A stretch of DNA of 64,000 bases, taken from positions 69,006,001 through 69,070,000 of the forward strand of contig NC_073381.1 in NCBI RefSeq assembly GCF_028641065.1, given 5' to 3'. The notes under the pieces are model-generated. The model was given only the letters and a program-made list of their open reading frames with translations. It searched no databases and had not been told where the DNA came from. Position numbers and translations under genes: made by a program. The DNA is from Leucoraja erinacea (Eukaryota). This document shows, piece by piece, positions 36,440-49,806 of the stretch. Each line of letters opens with the position of its first letter. Position 1 is the stretch's first letter.

Positions 36440-37625
36440 AATTTGGATGAGAATGCAAGTTGCATGATTAGTAGGTTTGCGGATGAGATCAAAATTGGTG
36501 GCATAATGGACAGTGAAGAAGAATGTCTCAGCTTACAACAGAAATTGGATCAACTAGGAAATTGGATCAACAGGGTAAGTTGACCATGACCCTATAATTT
36601 TCTCATATCCTTCCCAGAACTGTACACAATATTCCAAGTAATGCATTTTGGGAAGTTAAACCAGAGCAAGCCACACATGATGAATGACAAGGCCCTGAGT
36701 TGAAGAGACAGAATTATGGGTACAGGTACACAGTTTCCTGAAAGTGATTACGTAGGTAGGTAAGGTACAGAAGAAGGGGCATGTTTGCCTTCATCTGTTG
36801 GGGCAATCCTGAATGCAATTATTGGGACAAAAAAACAGTGTTGGAGGAACTGGAGGGATGTCAGGGGTTATGGTGAGAAGGTAGTAGAATGTGAATAAGA
36901 AGGACAGATAGATGAGCCATGATTGAATGGTAGAGTTGACTTGATGGGCAGAATGGCCTAATTCTGCTCCTATCACTTATGAACCTAAGAACTCAGCGGG
37001 TCAGGCAGCATCTGCGGAGGAAATAGACAGACTGTTTCGGGTCAGTGCCCTTTTTCAGACACAAGAATTGGGACATCATGTTACAGCTGAACTAGATGAT
37101 GGTGAGTCTAGACTTGGAATATTGTGTATATTTCTGGGAAGGATATGAGAAAATTAGGGGTGTAGAAAGGATTCACGAAGATGTTGCCAAGATCAATGGG
37201 TTTAAGTTAAAAGGAGAATCTGGATGTGCTGGGACTGTTTTCCCTCGAGGAAAGGAGATTGAGGGATGACCTGATAAAGGTTTATAAAATCATGGGGCAT
37301 AGATTAGATGGATTGCCACAGTGTTTTTCCCAGGGTAGGGTGGTCTAAAACTACAGAGTGTAGGCAAGGTGAGAGGGGAAAGATCTGAGAGGCAGGTTTT
37401 TCAGACAGAGTGTAGCAGGTATATAGCATATGAAAGGTACAAGTGGGTACAATTACACTGTTTAAAAAAAACCCATTTGGAATGGGTACATGGATAGGAA
37501 TAGTTTAGAGGTTTATGTGCTATACGAGCAAATGGGGTAGCTCAGTAAAAACCTTGGTTAGAATGGACGTTGGGCCAAAGGGCCTGTTTCCATGCTAATA
37601 GACTGTGACTACATAACTGTGACTC
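36440..37625 (+). mobile_element. Degenerate CR1 3' half with nested CR1 tail and PLE-repeat pieces
   Basis: gtttgcggatgagatcaaaattggtgg (FADD-like)...gggccaaagggcctgtttccatgct tail. Confidence 0.75.
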
Positions 37626-38045
37626 TGTAGTCTAAATTTTGTGATGAGGCTATCACCACTCTCAGGTATAATATAATTGAATGGCATTTTCTACACAGAG
37701 TGTACACATGAAAATTAAACATGGGAATCTGGAAGTTGCTGTCTGAGTTGACCAGCTTCTCCACAGTCAATGCTAAACCAATGTTTCATCTTGCGACTTG
37801 TTATTGGAGACTGTCCAATGTATTCAGTTACAGTTCTGACTGACCAGCTAATGCACTAAATGTAGCATGAAAAGATGTTCAGGAAAGAGTGAATTTTTAA
37901 TCTGCAGCGACTGAAAAACAGTTTAACTTTGTGTGCGGAGAGGAATTCATAATTTAATTATTGTTGGAGATACTTAAAAAGACTTCATCCAGTCTCTTAA
38001 ACCCATTCTTTAGTCCTATTTTGTACTCAACATGATTAAAGCCTT

Positions 38046-38595
38046 TAGAGTCATAGAGTCATAGAGTGATACAATGTGAAAACAGGCCCTTCTGCCCAAC
38101 TTGCCCACACCGGCCAACATGTCCCAATTACACTAGTCCCACCTGCCTGCGCTTGGTCCATATCCCTCCAAGCTTGTCCTTTCCATTTACCTGTCTAACT
38201 GTTTTTTAAAGGTTGGGATAGTCCCAGCCTCAACTAACTCCTCTGGCAGCTTGTTCCATACACCCACCACTCTTTGTGTGAAAAATTTATCACTCAGATT
38301 CCTATTAAATCTTTTCCTCTTCACTTTGAATGTATGTCCTCTGGTCCTCTACTCCCTTACTCTGGGCAAGAGATTCTGTGCATCTGCCTGATCTATTCCT
38401 CTCCTTTTTTTTATTCACCTCTTTGAGATCATCCCTCATCTTCCTGTGTTCCAAGGAATAGAGATCCAGCCTTCCCAATCTTTCCCTATAACTCGGACCC
38501 TCTAGTCCCGGCAACATCCTCGTAATTCTTCTCTGAACCTTTTCAAGTTCGACAATATATTTCCTATAACATGGTGCCCAGAACTGAACACAATC
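38046..38595 (-). mobile_element. CR1 3' fragment
   Basis: MLPGLEGPSYRERLGRLDLYSLE, with a (ctctatga)n tail. Confidence 0.9.
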
Positions 38596-38691
38596 TGCCT
38601 AGGAAACTAAATTTGGCATTTTTGGAGCAATAGCTGGGTGTAGGGTTGGTAATCAGAAAGGAAAATCATGAGATTTGGATTTGCTTCATTT

Positions 38692-38943
38692 GGGCGGCAC
38701 GGTGGAGCAGCGGTATAGTTGCTGCCTTACAACGCCAGAGACCCCGGTTTGATCCTGACCACACTTGTTTGGCTGTACAGAGTTTTCGTGAATTTTCTCT
38801 GAGATCTTCAGTTTCCTCCCACACGCCAAAGACGTACAGGTTTGTAGGTTAACTGGCTTGGTATAAATTCAAAAATTGTCCCTAGTGTGTATAGGATAGT
38901 GTTTCCTGTTTCTGCGCTGTATCTCTAAAGTAAACTAAAACTA
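38692..38943 (+). mobile_element. HE1-type V-SINE with internal deletions
   Basis: gggcggcacggtggagcagcggtatag head and gtatctctaaagtaaactaa tail. Confidence 0.85.
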
Positions 38944-39597
38944 AGATCATTGTTGCATTTTTGTTATCTTTTAAGAACGTTAAAAGCCAACGTGCACATT
39001 TCACAGATAGCATCTGCTTTGGCGTCTGCGCACTGATCCAGGAGAAATGGCTGCCTTGAAGATGGGGGGAAGTGGGGTCAGAAGGGGGTTAAGTGTGGCA
39101 ACCACAGGATTCTCAGATCAAGGGGTCTGTGAACTACACTTACCAGTTCAGAGGAACCTTGATCTTTACAAGAGCCTGTTGGCACTGACTTTTTTCTGAT
39201 AAAAATTTAATGGGAAGGTTTTTTGAAGATAAAAACAATGTCCCGAGGTTGGGGTGAGGAACCCTTCAGATCTTAGCATAGTTTACTACTTCCAGCATGA
39301 TGTACTCATTTTAAATGCTAATTATGAAAATCATAGATTATGAACTTTCAATATAATTTCTGACATAAAATGAGTAATATAAGACATCATCGGTGCAGGT
39401 AACACAATGGACAAGTGTAACCTATGTAATGGGCATCACATATGTAATAACAGAAATGGATACTTTGCAGTTTGTGCTACTGGTGTGGTGAAAAAGGTAG
39501 AAGCAATGGTATTGGTATTGGTTTTATTATTATGTATGTTACAGTGTTATAATGTTACAGCTTTAGAGAAACTGCAGATAAAATAAAGGTAGTCTCA

Positions 39598-40450
39598 TAA
39601 CATACATAGAAACATAGAAACATAGAAATTAGGTGCAGGAGTAGGCCATTCGGCCCTTCGAGCCTGCACCGCCATTCAATATGATCATGGCTGATCATCC
39701 AACTCAGTATCCCGTACCTGCCTTCTCTCCATACCCCCTGATCCCCTTAGCCACAAGGGCCACATCAGGGAAGAAGCTGGTACTTAATCTGGTGGTACGT
39801 ACTTTCAAGCTTTTGTACCTTTTCCATAACAGGAGAGAGGAGAAGAGGGAATGGTCAAGGTGGAGGGGGGTGATGGGAGGAGGGGAATGGGGGGGGGGGG
39901 GGGATGGAGGCTGATTTGTGGATGGACTGTGCTTTGTTAGTTGGGGCATTGACTATAAAAGCATGGAAGTCATGATTGAACGATAAAACTTCAGTAAAAA
40001 GCAAAGTGCTGGAGGAACTCAATGGGTCAGGCAGCATATATGGAAGGATATGGACAAACATTATTTTGGTTCGTACCCTAGTTAAGCTAAACCCAGAGTA
40101 TGATGTGCATTTCTGTTTGCTACACTTTAAGAAGGATGGTGATTGCACTAGGGAGGTTGCAGAAGAAATTTACCTGTATGTGGCCAATGATGGAATGCTT
40201 CAATTATGAGGAAATACTTTGTTTTGCTTTCCTTGGAGTCCAAGAGGCTGATGGGGTACTTAATAGATGTGTGCCATATTCCAAGGGGAATAGACAGTGC
40301 TGGTTAGAAGTGAAAGTGAGAAACAATTCTCCATCAAAGGGATATTCAAAACCAGAGGGCAGAGGTTTAATGTGAGGAGTCAGAGGGAATCTGAGGAAAT
40401 TATGTTTCTCCCAGTGGGTTGTTGCAATCTGGAAAACACTGCTAAGCAGG
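39598..40450. mobile_element. Cluster: young CR1 tail (-, 39598-39766), Rex-type piece, poly-G, degenerate CR1 (+) with PLE repeat
   Basis: (catagaaa)n aggtgcaggagtaggccattcggccc; gggaagaagctggtac; gtgctggaggaactcaatgggtcaggcagcat. Confidence 0.7.
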
Positions 40451-40464
40451 CATTGGAGGGAACT

Positions 40465-40747
40465 TGTTTTAGAGACCCAGCGCAGAAACAGGTCCTTCGG
40501 CCCGTGCCGACTAGCGATCCCTGTGCACTAACACTATCCTGCACACACTGGGGACAATTTACAATTATACCAAACCAAACCTGTATGTCTTTGGAGTGCG
40601 GGAGTAAACTGAAGGTCTCTGAGAAAACCCATGCAGGTCACTGGGAGAATATACAAACGCCATACAGACTGTACCCATAGTCTGAATCGAACCCGGGTCT
40701 CTGGCGCTGTAAGGCAGCAACTCTACCGCTGCGCCACCATGCTGCCC
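40465..40747 (-). mobile_element. HE1-type V-SINE
   Basis: atcgaacccgggtctctggcgctgtaaggcagcaactctaccgctgcgccacc. Confidence 0.92.
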
Positions 40748-41931
40748 TATACATTCAAAATGTGTACATTGTACTCTATACATTTAAAACCTTCTGGACA
40801 TGCTCTTGAATTAGCAAGCCTAAGAAGGCATAAGCAATTGGGATCAGCATAAATAGGCACTTGATGGTCAGCATTCTCATGCTGGGCTGACTATGATTTA
40901 ATTTCTTGCACATGAGATTCAGTGATCACTCTTGAATCTGGGGTTTAAGATCGCTCTGCTCATCCACTGCCTACCTCCTGTGGTGACTGCAGGTTAATGA
41001 TGGCAAAGCAGCTATTCAAAAATAGCATGGACATTTTTTGGGCAGCTATGGGCAGCTTGTGTCATTCATGTGCTGTGAAGCAAAAATGTAATTTTACTGC
41101 ATTACTGGAATTTCCTTGAGAATCTCTGCTGTTACACTTGCTGGGGCATTAGTGAAAAGATTTCTTCAAGCAATGCTCCAGTGCCAAGGCAGGACTGGGT
41201 CTGAGCGAATTCCATCTGGTCTTGTTTGTTTATGACTTGCAAAATTCAATTGTTATCTTGGACTTACAGTATTCAAGTGGGCAGTAGTATAATTTTTTTT
41301 TATCAGTTATTGGATAATACTGGCACTATGCCTGACACTGCAAGGGACAGACAAGCAATGTTATCACATCATATTTTTATGTAAATATATTCTGGAGCCC
41401 AGGGATAACAGAAAGGAAATATTGATAGTAATTACTGGGCAAAAGTGAAAACCCAATTGCTTTCATAGACTAGAACTAATTTATCTATAATAACACCATA
41501 TGGCTTACTCCAGCTCCTATTTCCTCTGTTCTTAACACTGAATCTTCACACAATTCTTCAGTGGTCATGCAAACCTAAGGACAGATTATGACACAGAGTT
41601 TAGTGCGTGTAAAATGCATTTATAATATATGAACCCTATCTATAATGACCATTTAAAAGGAATCTGCACAATCTGGACACGTAATCTTTCATTATAGATT
41701 GTGAGGTTATTTATTAATTTATTCTGGGACAAAAGTCAGTGAGGAATTAACAGCGAATAAAATACAACTTTGTGTCTTCGAAGAATGTGGGTCGAAGTCA
41801 ATGGAACTGAATATCAACTGGCGATCAGTACATTCACAGCCAGATAACACAAATAACCAAAGACAAGCTTCCCTCATGAGAGACTAAAAACAATTCATTT
41901 CATAATGGAAAAATAGTAGAAATGTTTTTTA

Positions 41932-42105
41932 AGTGTAGGAAGGAACTGCAGATACTGGTTTACACTGAAGAGGGACACAAAATGCTGGACCAACTCAGCG
42001 GATCAAACAGCATCTCTGGAGAAAAGGGATAGGTGGCATTTCGGCTCTGAAGAAGGGTCTTGAACCAAAACATCATCTTTTGCTTTTCGAGAGAGATGTT
42101 GCCAG
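41932..42105. mobile_element. PLE fold-back repeat
   Basis: gtgtaggaaggaactgcagat...ggtggcatttcgg, then ctgaagaagggtcttgaaccaaaacatc...gagatgttgcc. Confidence 0.72.
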
Positions 42106-43229
42106 AAAAGTTTTTAAGTTAGTTGCTGCCTCAGTAAATTATTAATAATTCTACTGTGCTTTACACTCTTGATTTTGTTTTCCAATGTGGATTTTTTCCA
42201 TTCAGCAGAATATTAAGATACTAAACACCTAACAGCTCTTTGATTCAAGGATGAGAGATATTTTTTCAAATTATATTAGTGCACCGTTTAGTGCTCCTAT
42301 CAGTCTCAAATATTGTCTTTCCTAGATACGGTTTCAATTGCATTTGCCACTTTTGATCATAATGCTTTAAATTATCTTCCTCTTCCTCGGACTTGATAAG
42401 AAATATTTAAATCTCTATTGTAAAACGCTACAAGGCACTTAGTCCAATATAAAAATAACTGAGAGATCAGAGCTCCAGTTCCAATTTTAAGTGGTGGAAA
42501 CTCTTGGGCTTTCCTCTAAAGAAAGTGAGTTTGTCATTCATTCTTTGATTCACATGGGATGGGTTATTTTTGCAGCATTCAAATATTTAAACTTACCTTT
42601 GGGAGAAACAATAGAGATATTTCCTAACTCGGTGCACTTTGGTCAGAAAATCCTGCTCCTCATCAAAGAGGGAAAGAGTGAAAGAGCAGATTGAAGAGAC
42701 AATAACCTGGTCTTTAATTAAATGAGTGAGGATGAATGGTGGCCTTGTCAAGAGGGCGAATGTATCATATTCGGTAAGAGCATTACAATGTGCACTGCTA
42801 CAGTTAGCATCAAGTAGAAAGCTGCAAACTATTGTTGGCAAGAAATTCAATGGCCAGATGTTATCCCTTTGAGTTACATGATTACAATTGTACTTTATGT
42901 ACAAATGTACAGAGTTAAAGATGTCATGACAATTACTATATTGTTTTGCAACACATTGGGAAATTCCACTGGGCACATTAACGAGCAATGCACCCTTATG
43001 TATCAAATGCAATTTCTGTCTCAGTCATGCACACGATGATGTTATTCCTGTGCGGTGATTCATTGGGAGCACAGTCAACAAACTTACAGCAAGTTGCTTT
43101 GGGAAAAGCTAACCTCAGGCACCGAACCCATTTGCAGGCTGTTTCTTGCCCTTTCTTAACCTCTGTACGTCCCTTGTTCAGATCGAGGCCTTGATCCTTG
43201 GCCATTAGGAGACTGAGGATGATGGTAGA

Positions 43230-43365
43230 GGTGTAGGAAGAAACTGCAGATGCAGGTTATACACCAAACAGACACAACATGTTGGAGCAACTCAGCGGGA
43301 CAGGCAGCATCTCTGGAGAGATGAAACGGGTAACGATCAGGTCTGAAGAAGGGTCTCTCAGAAAA
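43230..43365. mobile_element. PLE terminal-repeat fragment
   Basis: gtgtaggaagaaactgcagatg...ctcagcgggacaggcagcatctctggag...ggtctgaagaagggtctc. Confidence 0.7.
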
Positions 43366-43435
43366 CTCAAGGTCTGATAGTCTTCCAGAAAATCTCTCAT
43401 ACACTTTTCCGATAGCCTTCTTTCAGTTTTCCAGT

Positions 43436-44178
43436 TTAATAGTTTAGTTTACAGTCACGTGTACCGAGGTACAGTGAAAAGCTTTTGTTGTATGCTAACC
43501 AGTCAGCAGAAACACAATACATGGGTACAATCGAGCCATTTACAGTGTATAAATATATGGTAAGGGAATTACGTTTAGTGCAAATGTCAGCAAAGTTCGA
43601 GCAAGGATAGTCCGAGGGTCACCAATGAGATAGATAGTAGTTCAGCACCTCCTCTCTGGTTGTGGTAGGATGATTCAATTGCTTGATAATAGCAGGGAGT
43701 AAACTGTCCCTGATTCTGGAGTTGTGCGTTTACACATTTCTATGAGTGGCCAAGGTGCGACTCATCCTAGATCATGCTGCTGGCCTTGCCGGGGCAGCAT
43801 GAGGTATAAATGGAGTCAATAGAAGGGAGGTTGGTTTGTGTGATGGTCTGGGCTGCGTCCACAATTCGCTGCAATCTCTTGCAGTCTTGCCAAATTGTGA
43901 TGCATCCTGATAAAATGCTTTCTAGGGTGCATCTGTAGAAGTTGTAGAATTGTAGAGGACATGCCGAACTTCTTAAGCCTTCTAAGGAAGTAGATGCATT
44001 GCCGTGCTTTCTTGGTCGTTGCTTCAATATGGATGGTGCAGAAGAAGTGGTTGGTGACATTGACTCCTAAGAATTTGTGGTTTTCAACCATCTTTACTTC
44101 GGTGCCATCAATGCAAACTGGGTTATGTGTAGCGCTTCACTTCCTGAAGTCGATCATTATCTCCGTTGTCTTGCATTG
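43436..44178 (-). mobile_element. Rex1/Babar-clade LINE 3' fragment
   Basis: KFLGVNVT...KKARQCIYFLRRLKKFG and FYRCTLESILSGCITIW, with tail cttttcactgtacctcggtacacgtgac(taaac)n. Confidence 0.88.
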
Positions 44179-44217
44179 AGAGAAAGGTTCTCGATCTCCT
44201 TCCTGTACTCTGCCTCA

Positions 44218-44317
44218 ATGTACAAACTCCTTCCAGACAGCACATGTAATCAGGATCGAACCGGAGTCTCTGGTGCTGCAAGGCAGTAGCTCTAGCACTA
44301 TGCCATCATGCCGCCCC
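44218..44317 (-). mobile_element. V-SINE head fragment
   Basis: caggatcgaaccggagtctctggtgctgcaaggcag. Confidence 0.75.
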
Positions 44318-45814
44318 AGAGCCACATGCCACTACCTGAGGGCAACAAATGCAGAATAAATAGGTAGCACTCATACATTTCTTTGCTCTCTGAAACCGCA
44401 ACCTACCTTTCAGAGAATCATAGGCTCTGCCCTCTCCCTTTCTCCAACGTTGAGCAAACAACTGATCCAATCTGAAGCAGGATTCTTAGCTTCCTTGCAA
44501 AATGATGTTTGAAGACAATTCGTTTATTTTTAACTTAATCGCCTGCCCTATAATTTCTCATAGAGCTCAGTGGGCTGTGGCCTTAACATGCCAGTTATAG
44601 AGGAGACAGGTTATTATTCTGAGCTCTTCCTGTCCTTGTATATTAAAACATTAATGAATCAGAATGATAGTCACTGTTGGCATGAACTGTCTCACGTTAC
44701 AGAAAAAGTTTAGCTTGATGCAAAGTTGACGTTATTATTACTTTTGTTATTGTTATTAATGTTATTAACTGCATGTTTTTTTTGGTTATTTTTTTGTAAA
44801 AACTATGTTCACATTTCCATGCATTTTTTTCCCATGTTTCTAACACCAGCCTTAAATCAGAACAGGGTGGATCATATGCAAGTGAGAGATCATGCATCCG
44901 ATCTGAGTCAATTTTTACCAATAGGTGACTTTGTGGGTGTATACCTTTCATCAAGCAATATAATATATATATATAATTTGACAGACCTTTGCTTATTTTA
45001 AGCTCTGATTTCAGATTTAAACTGGCAGGATTTGGTTCTTTGGTTTGGAACGCATACCTTGAAGCCTATCCACTAGGCCGCACCAGAGAGCCAATATTAA
45101 AACATCTTCTGTTATTGCCTTTCAGGAGAAGAAAGAAGCACTAGGGGTGATAAAAAGTATCTAAATACTGGGTCAAAATATGGCGTGTGTGGTAAATCAC
45201 TTACCAGTTTGAAATATGTTGCTGTAGCACCTACCCTCAAAGGTACTTAGGTTATCTTTGGCAGCTCTATAAACGGCACCGGGGGAAGCTGGAAAAACTG
45301 TGCTGCAACTCTCCATCTGTTTAATCATACAGGGATAAGCTGGTGGTGTTAAGGTAATTACTAAATATAACATCTACTTATATGTAGCTGGGGCATTGTG
45401 CAGCAGGGAGCCCAAGTCTCGGTGAAATTGCAGCATTTTTCTTGAGTGAAATATATATATAACTCGCAGGAAAGGACTTGTTGGCATTTAGAAAGAATGT
45501 GCTAGCCAGCCAGGTCTCGTTGTTTGAATTTAATCAGGAGACCGGCATAGTGTATGCAAGGAACTCTAATTTCACAGCAGCACAGCATGCTGCTGGAGTG
45601 CCCCACATACAGTGCATGCTTGCATTATATTAGCAGTACATATATCTCAAGTGGCCCATACATTATAATGTTTCAGAGTGTCTTAATAAAATATGGTATT
45701 GTTATTTCTGGTGGGTTGCATAAAATGCATTATATTTCAAATTTTCCTCACTATAGTTCTTAAAAATGAGTTTGCTAATGAAATAATTGTAACTCAGTGC
45801 TTCCGAGACACTTT

Positions 45815-46738
45815 CTTAGTTGGACCATCTCCGACACCTCCCTCCCCTTTCTTGATCTCACAGTCTCCATCTCAGGAAATAGAGTATTGACTGACATCTG
45901 TTACAAACCCACTGGCTCCCACAACTATCTCGACTACACTTCTACCCACCCGGTTTCCTGCAAAAATTCTACCCCCTATTCTCAATTGCTCCGTCTATGC
46001 CTCATCTGCGCCCAAGATGAGGTGTTCCATACCAGGATATCCAAGATGTCCTCATTCTGTGGGGAACGGGGGTTCCGCTCGCCCATCATAGATGAGGCCC
46101 TTCTTCGTGTCTCCTGGGTACCCCACAACTCTGCCCTTGCTCCCCCTCTCCCTCCCTTTAGTCCCCCTAGTCCTTACCTTCCGCCCCATCAGCCATCGCA
46201 TACAATTTATGCTTCACCAAAATTCCGCGACCTCCAACGGGATCCCACCACTAGCCAAATTTTCCCATCTCCACTCCTTTCTGCCTTCCGCATAGACCGT
46301 TCCCTCCGCAACTCCCTGATTAACTCATCCTTTCCCACCCAAACCATCCCCTCCCCAGGTACCTTCCCCTGCAACAGCAGAAGATGCAACATCTGTCGAT
46401 ATGCCTCCTCCCTCGATTCTGTCCAGGTACCCCGACAGTTCTTTCAGGTTAGGCAGAGGTTCACTTGCACCTCCACCAACCTCATCTACTGTATCCGTTG
46501 TCCAAGATGTGGACTCTTATACATCGGCGAGACCAAACACAGACTGGGCGATCGTTTTGTGGAACACCTTCGCTCAGCCCGCATTTTTCTTTATCCCTCC
46601 ACATCACCATCTATGTCTCTCATTTCCATTATCCCTAAACAGCCTGAAGAAGGTCTCGACACAAAATGTCACCCATTCCTTCTCTCCAGAGATGCTACCT
46701 GTACCACTGAGTTACTCCAGCTTTATGTGTCCACTTTC
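45815..46738 (+). mobile_element. PLE: RT C-terminus/thumb, Cys motif, partial GIY-YIG, terminal repeat with decayed hammerhead
   Basis: LPFLDL, YKPT, YLDYTSTHP, YSQLLRL, PCNSRRCNIC, NLIYCIRCPRCGLLYIGETKHRLGDRFVEHL, then cctgaagaaggtctcgacacaaaatgtcacc at ~46643. Confidence 0.93.
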
Positions 46739-46950
46739 TTAGTTTAGTTTATTGTCACATGTACCTTGGTACAGTGAAAAGCTTTTGTTGCGTGCTATCC
46801 AGTCAGCAGAAAGGCAAAACATGATTATAATCGAGCCATTTACAGTGTATAGATACATGATAAGGGAATAACATTTAGTGCAAGGCAAATGCCACCAAAG
46901 TTCTATCACGGATAGACCAAGGGTCACCAATGATGTAGATCGTAGTTCAT
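46739..46950 (-). mobile_element. Rex1/Babar-type 3' tail
   Basis: Near-copy of 43436-43645. Confidence 0.82.
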
Positions 46951-47015
46951 TGTTGACCCTTGGACTATCCTTGATCGCATTTTGCTGACTTTGCATCAGA
47001 AGACATTACCTGTAT

Positions 47016-47232
47016 CAAAGATGAATACAAAATGCTGGAGTAACAGTGGGTCAGGCAGCATCTCTGGAGAAAATGTATGGGTGACATTTCAGCTCGGAAT
47101 CCTGGGTCAGCAGGGTTCTGACCCAAAACGTCACCTATTCTTTTTCTCCTTAGATGCTAACTGACCGGCTGTGTTACTCCATCATTTTGTGTTTATCTTC
47201 AGTATAAACCAGCATTTCCAGTTCTTTCCTGC
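47016..47232. mobile_element. PLE fold-back repeat flanked by a direct repeat acattacctgtatcaaa
   Basis: acaaaatgctggagtaac is mirrored by gttactccatcattttgt. acattacctgtatcaaa occurs at 47003-47019 and 47233-47249. Confidence 0.8.
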
Positions 47233-47914
47233 ACATTACCTGTATCAAATTTGGTTTTACTAAGCCCTGATGAAGGCAACATATGCAAATATAGGTCAAA
47301 ATTTATAAATGACGAATTCTACATTTATAGCAGCAGGTTAATTATTAATGTAAAATAACCATGGTAATGAACATAGTTTTCAACTTTATATTACGTTCAA
47401 AGTTTCTGTCACACTGACCTGGGGATGATTGGGGACATGGTGGGGCAAACAAATGTAATATGGAATTGGATGGATATTTGAGGGATAGAATGCCTTTTCT
47501 GGTGCAAGATTTGCTATGTTCAGAGCAAATGGTGATCCCATTTCATAAATTACATCAATTCATAGCATAATTTTTATTGACTGGAAATAATGAGAAACTG
47601 GATGTGAATAATGCAAAAAAATGGTCTGCTCCTGCACCTATTTTTCTATGTTTCTGTTTCAAATAAAAGTAAAAAAATGCTGCAAATATTCAGCAGATCA
47701 GGTTACACATGTGGAGAAAGGAAAACAGTGAAAGTCTCAAGTCAATGACCTTTCATCAAACCTGACTAGCCTTTTCTCACTCCAAAGGTGCTCACTGACT
47801 GTGTTTCCAACTCTCAACATCTCAAAAATGATGGATTCAGCCATTCAAAATTAATAGTCAATTTTGGAATTTGTGTGCATGACACCTTCAACACAGAAAT
47901 ACCAGCAGTTCTTG

Positions 47915-48066
47915 TCCAAAGACGTGCAGGTTTCCAGGTTAATTGATTTTTCCAAATTGGTCCAAGTGTGTAGGATAGAACTAGTGTACGGGTAATCGCT
48001 TGTCGTCGACTCGTTGGGCCGACGGACATGTTTCTACACTGCATCACTAAACTAAACTAAACTAAA
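47915..48066 (+). mobile_element. V-SINE 3' half
   Basis: ccaaagacgtgcaggttt...(ctaaa)n. Confidence 0.8.
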
Positions 48067-48245
48067 AATGAAGCTATCCATGTGCTGGTAAATTCTGTCT
48101 AAGAATTACCTCCAACAACCAATGATGTCAGGCTCACTGGCCTGTAGTTCCCTGACTTGTTCTTGCTACCTTGAGGCTTTTATTGTCATATGTCCCAGGT
48201 AGAACAATGACATTCTTACATGCAGCAGCACAACATAATATGTAA

Positions 48246-48417
48246 NNNNNNNNNNNNNNNNNNNNNNNNNNNNNNNNNNNNNNNNNNNNNNNNNNNNNNN
48301 NNNNNNNNNNNNNNNNNNNNNNNNNNNNNNNNNNNNNNNNNNNNNNNNNNNNNNNNNNNNNNNNNNNNNNNNNNNNNNNNNNNNNNNNNNNNNNNNNNNN
48401 NNNNNNNNNNNNNNNNN
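48246..48417. other. Assembly gap
   Basis: N run. Confidence 1.
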
Positions 48418-49487
48418 ACATTATCTCCATTCTATATTAATCTATATTAAATAAATAAATATAACTGGCATTCAAATTTTAAAGCATAATCTAGGATGGT
48501 ATGGAGCCTTGTACTTTACAGTGATGTTGCTCCCTTTCCTAGAACTGTATATGGTGCCTGACATTATATAAAACACACCTTAACCTTCAGTGAAACTTGC
48601 AAATTGTCATTATGCTGCGGACTTCATTACTTAGCCAATGTATTTGTGACAGGGGGAAGTAATAAGCGAAGCAGCTGATGGCATAATGGCTAGTGATATC
48701 TAGGAAAATATTATGATATTTGAACACAAAAGAACAATGATATTTTCCCTTGGTTTCCACAATATTACCATTGTTCGAGAGAAGAACTGATTCACTTCAT
48801 CGTTATCTGCTGAAGGTTTAAATGTATTTAGATGTATAACTTTAGCAAGAGTATCAGCAATTACATGAGCAGCAATGAACATTTATATTTCACAGGTCAT
48901 GCAATCTACAGTGCATGAGACTGTGCTGGCTTTATATAGAATGAGAAAAGATAACAACATATCATTAATTAAGTTGGGAAGGTACATTTTTTAATTGTGT
49001 CATATACAATGAATGGTACATTAATTCATAAAATGTAAACCCAGTCAGATATGGGTCTCGGAAGAGATCAACAATTTGTAAAATCTACTTTACTTTATAC
49101 CATAAATATTTTTTCTTTCTTCATTCATGCGTGAATACGAATTGGCTCCTATTCCATAAAAACATAAGGAATATGAGCAGCAATTTGCCATGTTGTTTGC
49201 CATATTGTACTTGCTTCACCATTCAATAAGATTATGGATTACCTTGGGGTGCAACCTGTTTCTGCTTGTAATGGGTGCCGTGTCATTTATGATCAGCTTT
49301 GGGTCTTCTTAAAATGTAGGTAATGGTGAAATCTCTGTTTTATTGCTACTTTTATTCAAGAGTAACCGAAAGAAAGCAGTGTCAAATTTCCAAGCTCTTC
49401 TTTGGCTTCCACTTAAATGCATCTGTGTGCTCCTCCATTCTTGAAAACACTACAAAGTCTCACATGAATCACCTATTGACCTACTTG

Positions 49488-49641
49488 NNNNNNNNNNNNN
49501 NNNNNNNNNNNNNNNNNNNNNNNNNNNNNNNNNNNNNNNNNNNNNNNNNNNNNNNNNNNNNNNNNNNNNNNNNNNNNNNNNNNNNNNNNNNNNNNNNNNN
49601 NNNNNNNNNNNNNNNNNNNNNNNNNNNNNNNNNNNNNNNNN
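49488..49641. other. Assembly gap
   Basis: N run. Confidence 1.
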
Positions 49642-49806
49642 GTAAATTGATATATATACTATCTGCCATTGCCGTAGTCTGATGTGGAAGTTTACTGCCA
49701 TTTAAGATTTCTAAATAGCTGGGCGTAAATTTGGGTTATTTTTCCACGGTATAGTTATCCCTATTTGACCCTAACATTTGTGGCAAAGCAAGTTTTGAAT
49801 TAGGAG

